From assembly GCA_035575515.1 (NCBI GenBank), contig DATLXU010000136.1, forward strand, positions 14,850 to 78,849: a stretch of DNA of 64,000 bases, given 5' to 3'. Origin of the DNA: Blastocatellia bacterium. GTDB lineage: Bacteria; Acidobacteriota; Blastocatellia; UBA7656. Every line of letters starts with the position of its first letter. Position 1 is the stretch's first letter. The notes beneath the pieces were generated by a model. The model had not been told where the DNA came from. It worked only from the letters and a program-made list of their open reading frames with translations, and did no database searches. Below are positions 60,887-64,000 of the stretch, one piece after another. Both the position numbers and the translations under genes were made by a program.

Positions 60887-61426
60887 ATGGAAATCGGACA
60901 AAAGAGAATCGCGCTCGATGATTCACGGGTCATAAGTTTCAGGCCCACAGCGCCGGAGGACGAACCGTTTCTCCAATCAGTCTATGGCAGCACGCGACTT
61001 GAAGAGCTTGCGCTCACGAACTGGAGCGAAGAACAACGTAATGCCTTCATTAAGATGCAATTCAACGCTCAGCAGATTCATTACCGCGAGTATTATCCGA
61101 GCGGCGAGCAATTCATCATTCTCGCAGATGGCAATGCTGTAGGACGTCTATACGTCGCCGAGATTGAAAAAGAGATACGCATACTCGACATAACCGTTCT
61201 TCCCGAACGCCGAAGCGCAGGCATAGGAACGCCAATCATTAGAGAATTGATGAACGAGGCGACGAGGATCGGAAAGCCGCTTCGCATTTACGTCGAAAGC
61301 TACAACCGCTCGCGCGGATTGTTCGAGCGGTTGGGGTTCGTGAAGTCGGGCGAGAGCGGCTACAGCTACCTGATGGAGTGGCGGGGGGAGAGACCCGCGG
61401 CAGCGCGCGAAGAGCGCGAGCAATGA
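60887..61426 (+). CDS. GNAT-family N-acetyltransferase (paralog of 60054-60548)
   Basis: The ATG lies 2 nt after the upstream stop. Motif region is RRSAGIGTPIIRELMNEA...GLFERLGF. Track start 60878 is a TTG extension. Confidence 0.75.
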   Translation: MEIGQKRIALDDSRVISFRPTAPEDEPFLQSVYGSTRLEELALTNWSEEQRNAFIKMQFNAQQIHYREYYPSGEQFIILADGNAVGRLYVAEIEKEIRILDITVLPERRSAGIGTPIIRELMNEATRIGKPLRIYVESYNRSRGLFERLGFVKSGESGYSYLMEWRGERPAAAREEREQ

Positions 61427-61508
61427 CGACTCCATCGCTAGTGACAGCTACGCCTGCGCTCTTCGCATGATCTATTACTGCCTTCGCTGCGAGCGATAGT
61501 TTTGTGGA

Positions 61509-62006
61509 TCAGGGATTAACGCGATTGATGATCGCCGTGCAGGTCGTCCCTGATCCTGCGCTCGCATCGCCCGGCACTATGAACAACTGAAACTTGCCGA
61601 GCTTGGCGTGCTGCACCGCATAAGTGTTCTGTCGCAAAGAGAGGGCTTGTGAGCCTGCGAATTTGAGGGCAAAGCATTCTTTTGTGCTCCTGCCCGTTCC
61701 CTTGACATAAGGCGGGTTGAGGTTCTGCACCTCAATTAAAATAAGGTCTCCAAGCTTCACATCGTTTGAAGAGAAGCTGTAGGTTGTCATAAGGGTATTT
61801 GTGAACATCTCCCTTGTGATATTTGCGAGCGGATCCTTGAGCGACTCTGCGGGAATCTCCGAGCCGATACCTGATCCAAGACGTTTCTTGTAGCCGCCCT
61901 GAGCAAAGGCTGAAGCGCTGAATCGCCCCGTAGCCAGTGCCGTTAAACCCATAATGCTGCCTGCTCTGAGAAAGCTGCGTCTCGAAGTTATCATTTTCCC
62001 CTCCAA
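61509..62006 (-). CDS. Tat-signal secreted hypothetical protein (165 aa)
   Basis: Twin-arginine motif SRRSFLRAGSIMGLTALATGRFSASAFA. The C-terminal 100 aa are homologous to the ORF at 60580-60885. Confidence 0.6.
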   Translation of the reverse strand: MEGKMITSRRSFLRAGSIMGLTALATGRFSASAFAQGGYKKRLGSGIGSEIPAESLKDPLANITREMFTNTLMTTYSFSSNDVKLGDLILIEVQNLNPPYVKGTGRSTKECFALKFAGSQALSLRQNTYAVQHAKLGKFQLFIVPGDASAGSGTTCTAIINRVNP

Positions 62007-62097
62007 AGAGATTTAGGATGCCTGATGCCTCGTGGACATTGTTGCGAGTCTAAGGCTTCAGTCGCGAGCATTCAACCCAAATTATTCTCACCAAGTA

Positions 62098-62126
62098 TTG
62101 ACTTATCTTGTATCAATGTATAGAAT
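62098..62126 (+). promoter_or_regulatory. sigma-70-like promoter candidate (TTGACT-N17-TAGAAT) for the tail-collar gene array
   Basis: Lies in the AT-rich divergent spacer, about 160 nt upstream of the ATG at 62284. Confidence 0.4.
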
Positions 62127-62283
62127 CGCTGCCACTGAAAGTAGTATTACATGAAGTGATGTATTGAAGACCTCCGGTTGGGGATAAGTTCAAGCAGTCC
62201 ATCAAGGCGTTAGGTCACGTCTGGCCTCGTTAGGTCTTTCTGTTGTTTAGCGGTTGGGCAAATAAGCTAGGAGGAAAAAGATA

Positions 62284-62787
62284 ATGGCTGAACCTTTCCT
62301 GTCAGAAATCAGAATCATGAGTTTTGTCTTCGCGCCCAAAGGCTGGGCGCTTTGCAATGGGCAACTTCTGCCCATCAACCAGAACCAAGCGCTGTTTTCG
62401 CTGTTGGGCACGACCTATGGCGGCGATGGTCGTGTGAACTTCGCATTGCCCGACCTGCGCGGGCGAGTCCCCATTCACATGGGCAGCGGGCACACGCTTG
62501 GCGAACGAGGCGGCGAACAGGCGCACACGCTTTCGATTTCCGAATTGCCGACGCATACGCATGTGCTGGTTGGAAGCAACAACGCCGCAACAACCGACAC
62601 ACCCGCAGCGAACCTCGTCTTGGGTCAGCCCGGTCTGGATCTGTATCGCGCGCCTACCAGCCTCGTAGGCATGGACCCCGGCACCATCGCAAATGTCGGC
62701 GGCAGCCAGGCGCATCTCAACATGCAACCGTTTCTGACGCTGTCGTTCTGTATTGCGCTTCAGGGCATCTTCCCCAGTCAGAATTAA
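62284..62787 (+). CDS. phage tail collar domain protein (Mdp/microcystin-dependent-protein-like), paralog 1
   Basis: AGGAGG RBS. The N-terminus MAEPFLSEIRIMSFVFAPKGWALCNGQLLPINQNQALFSLLGTTYGGDG and C-terminus GGSQAHLNMQPFLTLSFCIALQGIFP are conserved collar-domain blocks. Confidence 0.85.
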   Translation: MAEPFLSEIRIMSFVFAPKGWALCNGQLLPINQNQALFSLLGTTYGGDGRVNFALPDLRGRVPIHMGSGHTLGERGGEQAHTLSISELPTHTHVLVGSNNAATTDTPAANLVLGQPGLDLYRAPTSLVGMDPGTIANVGGSQAHLNMQPFLTLSFCIALQGIFPSQN

Positions 62788-62797
62788 GGAGGAAACA

Positions 62798-63298
62798 ATG
62801 GCACAACCTTATGTTGGAGAAATCAGAATGTTCGCCGGAAACTTCGCTCCGGCAGGCTGGATGTTTTGCGAAGGCCAATTGCTGCCTATCTCCGAAAACG
62901 AGACGTTGTTTCAATTGATAGGCACGACCTACGGCGGCGACGGAGAGTCAACCTTCGCATTGCCCGACCTGCGAGGCCGCATCCCGATTCATCAGGGCAA
63001 TGGCTTCGTGCTTGCCGAGACGGGAGGCGCGGAAGAGATTACGCTTACCGTGCAACAAATTCCCGCTCATAGTCATGCATTGCTTGCTTCAGCCGATCCA
63101 TCCAGCGCCCGCTCGCCGCAAAATAACGTTCTTGGACGCACAGGCGCAGAGGCTTACGCTTCTGAGTTCACGCCGCAAGTCTTGTCTCCGCAAAGCATGT
63201 CGGCAGTAGGAGGCAGCCAGCCGCATACGAACTTCCAGCCGTACCTTTGCATTGACTTCATCATCTCGCTGTTCGGAATCTTTCCGAGCCAGACGTAA
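62798..63298 (+). CDS. phage tail collar domain protein, paralog 2
   Basis: An AGGAGG RBS precedes the ATG at 62798. It has the same conserved N- and C-terminal blocks and a divergent middle. The track start 62753 is an extension. Confidence 0.85.
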   Translation: MAQPYVGEIRMFAGNFAPAGWMFCEGQLLPISENETLFQLIGTTYGGDGESTFALPDLRGRIPIHQGNGFVLAETGGAEEITLTVQQIPAHSHALLASADPSSARSPQNNVLGRTGAEAYASEFTPQVLSPQSMSAVGGSQPHTNFQPYLCIDFIISLFGIFPSQT

Positions 63299-63379
63299 AA
63301 AGAAGCTTTGCAGTTGAAAGCACACAGGTGATCGTTTCGATGTTCGAGGTTCATAAGGCAAAAGATAAGGAGAACTTTC

Positions 63380-63892
63380 ATGGCAGACCCTTTTGTAGCT
63401 GAAATTCGCATCTTTCCTTTCAACTTTGCTCCGCAAGGCTGGGCCTTTTGCGATGGCCAGATACTTCCGATTTCACAAAACACGGCGCTGTTTTCGCTGT
63501 TGGGCACAACCTACGGCGGCGACGGCAAATCGAATTTTGCGTTGCCTGATCTGCAGGGGCGCGCGCCGATGCATCCGGGACAGGGGCCAGGACTCTCATT
63601 GCATGATCTCGGAGAGACGGGCGGAAGCGAGACAGTTACTCTCCTGGAATCTGAGATACCATCGCACAGCCACGGCGTCAGCATGTCGGTGCGACCCGCT
63701 GATAATCTCGATCCCGGCGGACTTGCTCTCGGCACGGGCAACAACGTCTATGTCGCGCCGGGTAATCAGGTCTCTTTCTCGGGCAACGCGTTAGCGCCAG
63801 CAGGCGGCGATCAGCCGCACAACAATATGCAGCCGTACCTGACGTTGAATTTCTGTATCGCGCTGCAAGGCGTCTTTCCGCCTCGCTCCTGA
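63380..63892 (+). CDS. phage tail collar domain protein, paralog 3
   Basis: AAGGAG RBS; MADPFVAEIRIFPFNFAPQGWAFCDGQILPISQNTALFSLLGTTYGGDG ... GGDQPHNNMQPYLTLNFCIALQGVFP. Confidence 0.85.
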   Translation: MADPFVAEIRIFPFNFAPQGWAFCDGQILPISQNTALFSLLGTTYGGDGKSNFALPDLQGRAPMHPGQGPGLSLHDLGETGGSETVTLLESEIPSHSHGVSMSVRPADNLDPGGLALGTGNNVYVAPGNQVSFSGNALAPAGGDQPHNNMQPYLTLNFCIALQGVFPPRS

Positions 63893-63897
63893 TCGGG

Positions 63898-64000
63898 TGC
63901 TGGATCATTCATGCGCCGCTGTTACTGGGCGACGCCAACGGCATCGTGCTGACGAACACGGGCGGCAGCTTCACTATCACCGGCAGCGGCACGGCTGACA
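63898..64000 (+). CDS. partial ORF of a Gly/Thr-rich protein with no canonical start codon in the window (..APLLLGDANGIVLTNTGGSFTITGSGTAD), truncated by the window end
   Basis: This is the only open frame at the right edge. It has no in-frame ATG/GTG/TTG after the stop at 63763-63765, and the frame is shifted relative to collar paralog 3. Confidence 0.25.

Overview
This is a 64-kb high-GC (about 58-60%) bacterial chromosomal segment. The ADOP/MacB-type FtsX permease fragment at the left edge, the many TPR/sigma-54 and ECF sigma/anti-sigma modules, and the general gene content suggest an Acidobacteria-like origin (inference only). Gene content is mostly envelope and housekeeping. From left to right: an MFS transporter; a 1020-aa TPR-GAF-sigma54-activator divergent from a good sigma-54 promoter that heads an operon of four small ORFs, a UbiG-like methyltransferase, a second methyltransferase and a geranylgeranyl-reductase-family flavoprotein; a secreted PDZ protein; a K+-channel-like protein with RCK domains; a GT2 glycosyltransferase; a methyltransferase; a Dabb protein; a ClC channel; mutL; and a complex I cluster holding only the membrane-arm subunits nuoA-H-J-K-L-M-N. 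Then come an M23 peptidase; an ECF sigma/anti-sigma module followed by three membrane proteins; nrdR; lon; an MltD-like lytic transglycosylase; an MsbA-like ABC exporter; a second ECF sigma followed by two different anti-sigma factors; an S8 protease whose C-terminus carries eight GFLLAD hexapeptide repeats; a GGDEF-EAL protein; ruvA (with no ruvB) followed by a DnaC/DnaI-like ATPase; and a TetR-regulated RND efflux operon (TetR, MFP, RND pump, OMF) with a perfect palindromic operator. At the right edge are a GNAT-DUF-GNAT block, a Tat-secreted paralog of the DUF, and three tandem phage-tail-collar (Mdp-like) paralogs. Several families of short intergenic palindromic or MITE-like repeats recur across the window. 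By eye I found no rRNA, tRNA or CRISPR array. Gene products are inferred only from motifs visible in the translations; no database search was run.
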